32,000 nt of DNA from Buchnera aphidicola (Neophyllaphis podocarpi). GTDB lineage: Bacteria > Pseudomonadota > Gammaproteobacteria > Enterobacterales > Enterobacteriaceae. Where the stretch lies: NCBI RefSeq assembly GCF_964059055.1, contig NZ_OZ060386.1:60001-92000 (forward strand), read 5' to 3'. The notes below the pieces were generated by a model. The model saw nothing but the letters and a program-made list of their open reading frames with translations, was not told the DNA's origin and did no database searches. Positions 1 to 8,052 of the stretch are shown piece by piece; within the stretch, counting starts at the first letter, position 1, and each line of letters starts with the position of its first letter. Made by a program: the position numbers and the translations under genes.

Positions 1-1072
1 ATTTCTTTAAACTGAAATTAATTTCTTCTTTAATATCTAAAATTTTATTAAACCATGATTCATTTTTGTTTTTAGCTATTTTGAACCATATTTTATTTAT
101 TTTATTTACAGAAAAAATGTATATGAAATTTTTTTTTGTCATTTTACATGTTTCCATACATAAATTCATTATTATTTTTTCTTGTTTTCTTATTTTTTTT
201 ATTGTTTTTCTTACATTATTAACTAAGTAATCAAATTGTTTTTGTACTAATCTAAATTGTTTAAAAATTTCAGACAAATTTTTTATTGCTACAATGCAAT
301 CCTTATGTTTTCTGTTTTTATTTTTAATTTTTTTAAAAGTATTTATATATTGATATTTTAGTTCAGAAAATTTTTCTTTTGCTAATATTGGATCTATACA
401 ATTTTCATCTTCATCTATGTTATCATCTGAATTTGCATGTTCATTGATATCTTCATCTATGTTATCATCTGAATTTGCATGTTCATTGATATCTTCATCT
501 ATGCTTTTTGATATATTAGAATTAAAATCTATAATTGTAGATGCAATTATTTCTGTATTATTAGGATCTATAAAACCAGTAATAATTTCAGATAATCGCA
601 TATTTCCTGATTTTACTTTCTCATATTGTTCTAATAAATATGTAATTGCTTCTGGATATTCAGCTATAGAAGATTGTACTTGATTAATTCCATCTTCTAT
701 TCTTTTAGCTATGTTTATTTCACCTTCTCTAGTTAAAAGTTCTACTGTACCCATTTCTCTCATATACATTCTAACTGGATCTGTTGTTCTTCCTATATCT
801 GATTCCACATTAGATAAAACTTGTACTGCTGCTTCTGCTACATCTTCATCTGCATTTGTATTGTTTTCATTTAAAATTAAATCATCAGCATCTGGTGCTT
901 CTTCAACCACCTGAATACCCATATCATTAATCATCTGTATAATATCTTTTATTTGTTCGGAATCTATAATATCTTCCGGCAGATGGTCATTGATCTCAGC
1001 ATAAGTCAGATAGCCTTGCTCCTTACCATGTGTGACAAGTTGCTTAAGCTGTGACTGCGAGTTTTGTTCCAT
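1..1072 (-). CDS. rpoD: RNA polymerase sigma-70 factor RpoD, N-terminal ~357 codons (3' part lies beyond the window start)
   Basis: My minus-strand translation from the ATG at 1072 reads MEQNSQSQLKQLVTHGKEQGYLTYAEINDHLPEDIIDSEQIKDIIQMINDMGIQVVEEAPDADDL...GRTTDPVRMYMREMGTVELLTREGEINIAKRIEDGINQVQ, with no stop down to position 1. It is collinear with remembered E. coli RpoD regions 1.1 and 1.2 and the acidic spacer. It lies downstream of rpsU-dnaG as in the E. coli operon. An in-frame ATG 5 codons upstream (1087) is an alternative start. The ORF is missing from the ORF track because it runs off the window. Confidence 0.95.
   Translation of the reverse strand, partial: MEQNSQSQLKQLVTHGKEQGYLTYAEINDHLPEDIIDSEQIKDIIQMINDMGIQVVEEAPDADDLILNENNTNADEDVAEAAVQVLSNVESDIGRTTDPVRMYMREMGTVELLTREGEINIAKRIEDGINQVQSSIAEYPEAITYLLEQYEKVKSGNMRLSEIITGFIDPNNTEIIASTIIDFNSNISKSIDEDINEHANSDDNIDEDINEHANSDDNIDEDENCIDPILAKEKFSELKYQYINTFKKIKNKNRKHKDCIVAIKNLSEIFKQFRLVQKQFDYLVNNVRKTIKKIRKQEKIIMNLCMETCKMTKKNFIYIFSVNKINKIWFKIAKNKNESWFNKILDIKEEINFSLKK
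407..503 (-). repeat. Perfect 42-bp tandem direct repeat, about 2.3 copies, inside rpoD; it encodes a duplicated 14-aa acidic unit IDEDINEHANSDDN
   Basis: Positions 411-452 and 453-494 are identical base for base. Identity continues for 4 nt to the left (407-410) and 9 nt to the right (495-503). The period of 42 is 14 codons, so the frame is kept. The same repeat shows up in the antisense shadow ORF 417..683 as MLSSEFACSLISSS twice. Confidence 0.95.
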
Positions 1073-1198
1073 AAGACGGTTATCCATAATTATATTTTGA
1101 GATTGTATTATTAATTGTTTTAAATAAACAATTTGATTATTGAATATAATAATTAAATTTTGTAAATTTTTTAAATTAATCTTTAATAATTTAAAATT

Positions 1199-2935
1199 TT
1201 ATTTTGATAATTCTTTATTTATCGACCAAAGTTCTTGTTTTTCACTTTTTTTTAATCCTTTATATCGTTCTAGATTTATTAATAAATTTTGACGTTTTTC
1301 TAATGCAATATTATATATTTTTGTTATTGAGTCTATAAACATGATCTTAATTTTATTATTTTTAATCATGTGGTCCCATTTTATAAATTTTTTTATTATT
1401 TTTTCTAATTTTTTTCCTCTATAGTTTTCAATTAACTGAGATGGTTTAATATTTGGATTATAAAGACATGTTTTTATTAAATCTATAAAAATATTCATTC
1501 CAGGTAATCTTATTTTATTTAATATTTTTATTGAAGGAGTTAATTTTACTAAATATGGATTTTGTGCTAATAAACCAATTAATATGCGTATTGTATTATT
1601 TTTGAAATCGTTTTTTTGTTTATTTTTTTTCCTTTCTTTTTCTTTTAATAAATTAATATTTAATTGATTAATATCTGGAATTCCTAGATTATTTCCTAAT
1701 TCTTTATATAAATATATCTTCATAGTTTTTCCTGGTATTTTATTAATTAAAGGAATCACTAATTTAGTTAATAATGAACGTGTTTCATTATTAATGATAT
1801 TTATTTTTTTTATTAATATTTTGAATATAAATTTAGACATTGGTATAGCTTTAGAGATTCTTTTTTTAAATAGTTTCTTTCCTTCTTTTTTTATTATTGA
1901 ATCAGGGTCTTCTCCTTTAGGTAAAAATATGAAACTTATTGTTCTTCCATCATATATATATGGTAACGACATATTTAATGATTTCCAAGCAGTATTTATT
2001 CCTGCTTCATCTCCATCATAGCAATAAATTATGTTATTAGTATGACTAAATAACAATTTTATGTGTTCAATGTTTATTGCAGTTCCAAGCAATCCTACTA
2101 CATATTTTATTTTATTTTGTACTAATGAAATTACGTCTAAATATCCTTCTACAACTATTATGTATTTTTTGATTTTGTGCTTTATGTTTAATTCATATAT
2201 TCCATATAATTCTTTTTTTTTGCAAAATATATTACTTTCTGGTGAATTTATATATTTTGGTATTTGTTTATTTATTGATCTTCCCCCAAAACCTACAATT
2301 TTTCCATATTTATTCCTAATAGGAAATATGATTCTATTTTGGAATAAATCATATTTTTTATTTTTTTCATTTACTATAACTATCCCATTTTTTATTATTT
2401 CATTTTGTAGTTCTGTATCATTATTAAAATATTCATATAATCCATTATATTTTTTATTAGTGATGCCTATAGAAAAAGTATTAATTGTATCAATATTTAT
2501 ACCTCTATTTATTAAATAATTTGGTTTAAAATGATTTAAGTTTTCTTTGTAAAAGAAACATACTTTTTCTAATAATTTATAACATTTTTTTATATATTCA
2601 ATTTTTTTATTTATGAATAAATTTATTTTTTGATTTTCATAAACTAAATTTAATCCATGTATTTCTGACAGTCTTTGAATGCTTTCTATGAAACTTAAAT
2701 TATCATAATTTATTAAAAAATCTATTACGTTCCCATGTATTTTACAACCAAAGCAATAAAAAAATTGTTTTTCATAGTTTACATAAAATGATGGATTTAT
2801 TTCTTTATGAAAAGGACAATTAGCTACATAATTTTTACCTCTTTTAATTAAATTTACTCTTGAATTTATAATATCTATTATATTTGTAGAATCTATTAGA
2901 TTATTTATAAAATTTTTTGAAATTTTTTTAGACAT
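1199..2935 (-). CDS. dnaG: DNA primase DnaG
   Basis: The ORF track product contains the CHC2 zinc finger (CPFHKEINPSFYVNYEKQFFYCFGC) and the TOPRIM region (EGYLDVISL). It is collinear with E. coli DnaG. I trimmed the start to the ATG at 2935 (MSKKISKNFINNLIDSTNIIDII...), which aligns with the E. coli N-terminus and gives 578 aa against about 581 in E. coli. The 13 upstream codons of the ORF-track call have no counterpart. Confidence 0.93.
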   Translation of the reverse strand: MSKKISKNFINNLIDSTNIIDIINSRVNLIKRGKNYVANCPFHKEINPSFYVNYEKQFFYCFGCKIHGNVIDFLINYDNLSFIESIQRLSEIHGLNLVYENQKINLFINKKIEYIKKCYKLLEKVCFFYKENLNHFKPNYLINRGINIDTINTFSIGITNKKYNGLYEYFNNDTELQNEIIKNGIVIVNEKNKKYDLFQNRIIFPIRNKYGKIVGFGGRSINKQIPKYINSPESNIFCKKKELYGIYELNIKHKIKKYIIVVEGYLDVISLVQNKIKYVVGLLGTAINIEHIKLLFSHTNNIIYCYDGDEAGINTAWKSLNMSLPYIYDGRTISFIFLPKGEDPDSIIKKEGKKLFKKRISKAIPMSKFIFKILIKKINIINNETRSLLTKLVIPLINKIPGKTMKIYLYKELGNNLGIPDINQLNINLLKEKERKKNKQKNDFKNNTIRILIGLLAQNPYLVKLTPSIKILNKIRLPGMNIFIDLIKTCLYNPNIKPSQLIENYRGKKLEKIIKKFIKWDHMIKNNKIKIMFIDSITKIYNIALEKRQNLLINLERYKGLKKSEKQELWSINKELSK

Positions 2936-3035
2936 ATATTTTCTTTTAATTATTACTAATAAAATCTTAATCACTTATTTTATATAGATTTAGATTTTAT
3001 TAGCTTTTATTTTTTTTTGCTATAATTTTTGTAAT

Positions 3036-3251
3036 TTAATACATTCTAGTTCTTCGCATATTTTCTCTTGATATTTTTTTTGCTAATCTTTTAATTGCTG
3101 ATGCTTTTGCTCTTTTTCTTGCTGTCGTTGGTTTTTCATAAAATTCTCTTCTACGAATTTCTGCTAAGATACCTGCTTTTTCGCATGATCTTTTAAATCT
3201 TCTTAGAGCTACATCGAATGGTTCATTATCACGTACTTTAATAATTGGCAT
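3036..3251 (-). CDS. rpsU: 30S ribosomal protein S21
   Basis: The 71-aa product [52 protein letters not shown]... is nearly identical to E. coli S21. It lies upstream of dnaG as in the rpsU-dnaG-rpoD operon. Confidence 0.97.
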   Translation of the reverse strand: MPIIKVRDNEPFDVALRRFKRSCEKAGILAEIRRREFYEKPTTARKRAKASAIKRLAKKISRENMRRTRMY

Positions 3252-3311
3252 GTTTATTTTCCTATATTTTTAGTTTATAATCTTATATTTATTTATAAAC
3301 TTTAATTATAT

Positions 3312-4334
3312 ATGTTAATTTTAGGAATTGAAACTTCTTGTGATGATATTGGTATAGCTTTATATGATGATGTTTTAGGTTTAATATCTCATAAATTATA
3401 TAAACAAGATCATCTTCATTTTAATTATGGCGGTATAGTGCCAGAGTTAGCTGCTAGAGATCATATATTAAATATTGTTCCTGTAATAAAATCAGTTTTA
3501 AAAGATTCTTCAATTAGTAAAAAAAATATTAGTGCTATAGCATACACAGCTGGTCCTGGTTTAGCTGGTTCTTTGTTAATAGGTGCTGCTGTAGGTAGTT
3601 CTTTAGCATTATCTTTAGATATACCAATTATACCAATTAATCACATGGAAGGACATTTATTTTCAGTAATGTTAGAAAATGAATCAGCTCCTGAATTTCC
3701 TTTTATTGCTCTTTTGGTTTCTGGTGGTCATACAGAATTAATTCTAGCTAATGCAATTGGTAAATATATATTATTAGGAAAAACTCTTGATGATGCTGCT
3801 GGTGAAGCATTTGATAAAATAGCTAGATTGTTAGGTTTAGAATATCCTGGAGGAATAAATCTTTCAAAAATAGCTAAAAATGGTAATACTAGTCGTTTTT
3901 TATTTCCTAGACCAATGACAAATAGCTTAAGTATGGATTTTAGTTTTTCTGGCCTTAAAACTTTTGCATCTAATATTATTTTGAAACATAAAAATGATTT
4001 TCAAACAAAAGCTGATATTGCCCGTGCTTTTGAAGATGCTATTGTTGATACTTTATATATTCAAGTTAACAAATGTTTAAAAAAAACACTATTATCAAAT
4101 TTAGTTGTTTCTGGTGGTGTTAGTGCTAATCATGCGCTCAGAAATAAAATGAATAATTTAAAAGGTTGTAAAGTTTTTTTTCCAAAAAAACAATTTTGTA
4201 CAGATAATGGTGCTATGATTGCATATACAGGTATGTTATATTTCAAATTAGGTTATTTTTTAGAACCTGAAATTATTGTAAATCCTTCTTGGAAAATTTC
4301 TGATGTTAATTTTAATTTTAAAAAAGTTAATTAA
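3312..4334 (+). CDS. tsaD: tRNA N6-adenosine threonylcarbamoyltransferase TsaD (YgjD/Gcp)
   Basis: The 340-aa product carries GIETSCDD, VPELAARDH, GPGLAGSLLIGA, HMEGH, LLVSGGHTE and FCTDNGAMIA, and is collinear with E. coli TsaD. It is divergent from rpsU, as in E. coli. Confidence 0.95.
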   Translation: MLILGIETSCDDIGIALYDDVLGLISHKLYKQDHLHFNYGGIVPELAARDHILNIVPVIKSVLKDSSISKKNISAIAYTAGPGLAGSLLIGAAVGSSLALSLDIPIIPINHMEGHLFSVMLENESAPEFPFIALLVSGGHTELILANAIGKYILLGKTLDDAAGEAFDKIARLLGLEYPGGINLSKIAKNGNTSRFLFPRPMTNSLSMDFSFSGLKTFASNIILKHKNDFQTKADIARAFEDAIVDTLYIQVNKCLKKTLLSNLVVSGGVSANHALRNKMNNLKGCKVFFPKKQFCTDNGAMIAYTGMLYFKLGYFLEPEIIVNPSWKISDVNFNFKKVN

Positions 4335-4385
4335 ATTTTTGTTTTAATATTATTTATATTTTTTTTATTTAATAGAGTTAAATAT

Positions 4386-4748
4386 ATGAATACGATTTTT
4401 ATTAATGATTTAATTGTTTTTACAACTATTGGTATTTATAATTGGGAAAAAAGTATAAAACAAAAGTTAATTTTAGATATATCTATGAAATGGAATAATA
4501 GTATGTTTAATAAAACTTATAATATTAATGATTGTTTAAATTATGAAAATATTGCTAAATATTTAGAGTCATATTTATATAAAAATAAATTTTTATTAAT
4601 AGAAACTGTTGCAGAGAAAATATCTGATATTATCTTATATAAATTTAATTCTTATTTTACTACAGTTAAAGTCACTAAACCTAATGCTTTATATAATGCT
4701 AAAGAGGTAGGCATTATAATTCATAGAAATAAAGAATTAGACGAATAA
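4386..4748 (+). CDS. folB: Dihydroneopterin aldolase
   Basis: The 120-aa product aligns end to end with remembered E. coli FolB: TTIGIYNWEKSIKQKLILDISM against TTIGVYDWEQTIEQKLVFDIEM, with LIETVAEKISD and VKVTKPNAL...VGIIIHR also matching. Confidence 0.85.
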   Translation: MNTIFINDLIVFTTIGIYNWEKSIKQKLILDISMKWNNSMFNKTYNINDCLNYENIAKYLESYLYKNKFLLIETVAEKISDIILYKFNSYFTTVKVTKPNALYNAKEVGIIIHRNKELDE

Positions 4749-4777
4749 AGTTTTTAATATTTAATTTTTACTTATTT

Positions 4778-5413
4778 TTAATAATTCAGATATTTTATTA
4801 AATCTTCAATAGTTAATACCTTCATTTTTTTTATTTTAGCAAATTTAATAATTTCTGGTGTTCTTGCCATGCTTCCATCTTTGTTAGTTAATTCACATAA
4901 TACTCCTGTTGGTGAAAATCCTGCTAAATTCATTAATTCTATTGTAGCTTCAGTATGACCTTTTCTTTTCTTAAGACCTCCTTCTTTTGCTAGAAGAGGA
5001 AAAACATGTCCTGGGCTATTTAAATCTGAAGGTTTAGCTTCTTTTGATATAGCAGCTCTTATTGTTGTAATTCTATCTTGAGCTGATACTCCTGTTGTTA
5101 CATTTTTTGCTGCTTCGATCGTTATTGTAAATCCTGTACCATATTTACTAGTATTTTTTTTTACCATCATAGGTAGTTTTAGTTGTTTTCTTTTTTTTTC
5201 GTTTATACATAAACATACAATACCACTACCATATCTTATAGTAAAAGCCATTTGTTTTAATGTCATAGTTTCAGAAGCAAATATTAAGTCTCCTTCATTT
5301 TCTCTGTATTCATCATCTATCAAAATTATTCCTTCTCTTTTTTTTAACGATAAAATTGCATTTTTTACACGTTGTAATGGTGTACCAAAATATTTAAATA
5401 GTTTATTTTTCAT
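4778..5413 (-). CDS. ribB: 3,4-dihydroxy-2-butanone 4-phosphate synthase
   Basis: The 211-aa product has [53 protein letters not shown] and [10 protein letters not shown], and matches E. coli RibB along its whole length. Confidence 0.96.
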   Translation of the reverse strand: MKNKLFKYFGTPLQRVKNAILSLKKREGIILIDDEYRENEGDLIFASETMTLKQMAFTIRYGSGIVCLCINEKKRKQLKLPMMVKKNTSKYGTGFTITIEAAKNVTTGVSAQDRITTIRAAISKEAKPSDLNSPGHVFPLLAKEGGLKKRKGHTEATIELMNLAGFSPTGVLCELTNKDGSMARTPEIIKFAKIKKMKVLTIEDLIKYLNY

Positions 5414-5766
5414 TTTTTATCTTATTTTAAGAAATTTAAATTTTATAAATACCTTTTAATTTAATATTTTTAACATGTAATAAATATTATTAGTTTTACA
5501 TTTTAAAAATATTTTTAATTTTTTTTTAAAAAATAATATTTATTAAATTTTATAAATATTTTTTTTGAATACTTTTTATTTTTAATTTTTAGATAATCTA
5601 TATTATTTAATTTTTATTAGTAAATAATATACTTTATTATTTTAATTATTTTAAATTATTATAATATAATGTTTTATATTTTTATATATATATAAAAGAT
5701 TACAAATATCTATTAATCATAATGCTAAATTAATATATTTATTATAATTTTATTTTTTATTATTTT

Positions 5767-6717
5767 TTATCTTTTTTTAATTATTAATTTTTTTTGTTCA
5801 TTGAATTCTTTATTAGTAACTGTAGATGTACCAAATTTGTTTACTACCATGCTTGCTGCTATATTTGCTCTAAAGCATGCTTGTTCTAATGTATTTCCAT
5901 TAATTAATGATATTGCAATCATACTAATTACTGTATCTCCAGCTCCTGTTACGTCTAAAGCTTCTTTTGAAATTGCATTAAAATGCACTGGTTTTTTATT
6001 TTTTTGTAACAGAGTCATTCCTTCTTTTGATTTTGTTATTAATAACGCAGACAAATTTAAATTTCTTATTAATTTCATTCCTTTATTTATCATTTTATTC
6101 TCATTTTTACATTTTCCTACTATTAATTCAAATTCATCTAAGTTTGGTGTTAATATTGTAGCCCCATAGTACTTTTTAAAATCTGCTCCCTTAGGATCTA
6201 TTAATATAGGAATGCACATTTTTTTTGTTAGATTTATTATTTTTTTTATATTATTCAAAGTTCCTTTATTATAATCTGATAAAATTACTATTTTTATATT
6301 TTTAATAGATTCTTTAATTTTTTTATATATAATTTCGTTATTAAATTTATTTAAATTTTCTTCAAAATCTATTCTTATAATTTGTTTATTATCTGATAAA
6401 ATTCTTAGTTTAGTTATAGTTTTATATTTAGATATACAAATAATATTGTTGATTATTCTTTTGTGTAAGATTTTTTTTAAAATTAATGCATTATTATCAT
6501 TTCCTGTAATTCCAATTAGTTTAGAATATTTTCCTAAAGATGCAATATTCATTGCTACATTTGCAGCTCCTCCGGGCTGATTAATACTATTATTTATTTT
6601 CACTACTGGAACTTTTGCTTCTGGAGATTTTCTACTTATACTACCTTGCCAATATTTGTCTAACATAATATCTCCTACTATCATAATTTTTACTTTTTTT
6701 GAATTATAAATATTCAC
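5767..6717 (-). CDS. hldE: D-glycero-beta-D-manno-heptose-7-phosphate kinase: HldE/RfaE domain I only, with the adenylyltransferase domain absent
   Basis: The 316-aa product is collinear with residues ~1-325 of remembered E. coli HldE (477 aa): MIVGDIMLDKYW, SPEAKVPVV, PGGAANVAMNIASLG, TPNLDEFELIVGKC, DVTGAGDTVI and KFGTSTV. The ORF stops a few codons after the ribokinase-like domain, and no cytidylyltransferase-type HxGH region follows. Confidence 0.85.
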   Translation of the reverse strand: MNIYNSKKVKIMIVGDIMLDKYWQGSISRKSPEAKVPVVKINNSINQPGGAANVAMNIASLGKYSKLIGITGNDNNALILKKILHKRIINNIICISKYKTITKLRILSDNKQIIRIDFEENLNKFNNEIIYKKIKESIKNIKIVILSDYNKGTLNNIKKIINLTKKMCIPILIDPKGADFKKYYGATILTPNLDEFELIVGKCKNENKMINKGMKLIRNLNLSALLITKSKEGMTLLQKNKKPVHFNAISKEALDVTGAGDTVISMIAISLINGNTLEQACFRANIAASMVVNKFGTSTVTNKEFNEQKKLIIKKR

Positions 6718-6822
6718 TTTATTTTACCTCTATAATGAATTAAATTTTATTTTAATTTAATGATTATTAATATATTATGTGTAAATAATTATTTAATAAT
6801 AATTAATTTTGGAATTTTATAA

Positions 6823-8028
6823 TTGAAAATATATTTAGTTGGTGGAGCAGTTCGTGATTCATTACTTGGTTTATCTATAAAAGATAGAGATTGGTTAGTT
6901 GTGCATTCTACTCCAGAAATTATGTTAAAAAAAGGTTACAAACAAGTAGGAAAAGACTTTCCTGTATTTTTACATCCTAAGACTAATGAAGAGTATTCCT
7001 TAGCTAGAATTGAACATAAATGTAATTATGGTTATCATGGTTTTAATACTTATTACTCTCCTAATATAACATTAGAAGAAGATTTATCTAGAAGAGATTT
7101 AACTATAAATGCTATTGCTAAAGATCAATATGGAAAATATATAGATCCTTATAATGGTAAAAGAGATATAAAATTACGTATTTTAAGGCATGTTTCTTCA
7201 TCTTTTATTGAAGATCCTTTGAGGATATTACGTGTTGCTAGATTTTCAGCCAGTTTAGCTCATTTAGGTTTCAAGATAGATTCTAATACTATGTCTTTAA
7301 TGAAAAATATAGTACATAGTCAAGAGCTTATTTATTTAACAAAAGAAAGAATATGGAAAGAAATTGAAAAAGCTTTGATGACTAAAAATCCGCATGTTTT
7401 TTTTATGAATTTAAAATATTGTAATGCTCTTTCATTTATATTTCCAGAATTTAATCATTTATATAAGAAATTTTTTTTATTTCATAACAAAAAAGTTAAT
7501 GTAGCTGAATATACTTTATTATCTTTAGAAAAAATATCTAGAAAAACATTAGACATTGATGTTAGATTTGCAGTCTTATTTAAATATTTTGGTAATTATT
7601 TTTTATTACATAATAATAGTAACAATAAAAAAAATAATTTACTAGTAATTAATTTGTTTAAGTGTCTAAAGATTCCAAATAGATTTAAATTTTTATCATT
7701 AATAATTTTTAAATTTTACTCTTTTTTTTCTAAATTACACCTAAGGTCTTCTAAAGATATAGTATTTTTTTTGAATTCTATACGTGCTTGGAAAGATATT
7801 ACAGTGATTAAAAAAATTATTTGTTTTATTGATGTAGAAAATTATAAATATTCTAAAAAATATGGTTATTTTTATAGACCTGATATTTTTTTAAAGAATA
7901 TTATATCTATTACAGAAAATATTACAATTAAATCAATTAAATCTAATAACTTTTATGGTATTCAAATTAAAAATGAATTAGATAGATTAAGAATTTTAGC
8001 TATAGAAAAATGGAGATCTTCTTTATAA
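6823..8028 (+). CDS. cca: tRNA nucleotidyltransferase (CCA-adding enzyme)
   Basis: The 401-aa product uses a TTG start at 6823. Its N-terminal half is nearly collinear with E. coli Cca ([43 protein letters not shown]). The C-terminal half is recognisable (DIDVRFA) but highly diverged. Confidence 0.93.
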   Translation: MKIYLVGGAVRDSLLGLSIKDRDWLVVHSTPEIMLKKGYKQVGKDFPVFLHPKTNEEYSLARIEHKCNYGYHGFNTYYSPNITLEEDLSRRDLTINAIAKDQYGKYIDPYNGKRDIKLRILRHVSSSFIEDPLRILRVARFSASLAHLGFKIDSNTMSLMKNIVHSQELIYLTKERIWKEIEKALMTKNPHVFFMNLKYCNALSFIFPEFNHLYKKFFLFHNKKVNVAEYTLLSLEKISRKTLDIDVRFAVLFKYFGNYFLLHNNSNNKKNNLLVINLFKCLKIPNRFKFLSLIIFKFYSFFSKLHLRSSKDIVFFLNSIRAWKDITVIKKIICFIDVENYKYSKKYGYFYRPDIFLKNIISITENITIKSIKSNNFYGIQIKNELDRLRILAIEKWRSSL

Positions 8029-8052
8029 AAAAGTTCAATTTTATTATATGTA

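Noticed and set aside
417-683. An 88-aa + strand ORF with an internal repeat (MLSSEFACSLISSS twice) that looks like a novel repeat protein
   Set aside because: It is the antisense shadow of rpoD. The repeat is the 42-bp rpoD duplication read on the opposite strand, and the minus-strand frame has unambiguous sigma-70 homology.
2936-2974. A 13-codon N-terminal extension of dnaG (MIKILLVIIKRKY) in the ORF-track call
   Set aside because: The E. coli DnaG N-terminus aligns with the internal Met at 2935, and the extension has no counterpart and looks like spacer sequence. I cannot fully exclude its use.
5414-5766. Repeated 14-mer aaattttataaata (about 5438 and about 5545) and other short A/T repeats that might be regulatory or repeat elements
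   Set aside because: In a stretch that is almost entirely A/T, matches of this length are expected by chance, and there is no higher-order spacing or arrangement.
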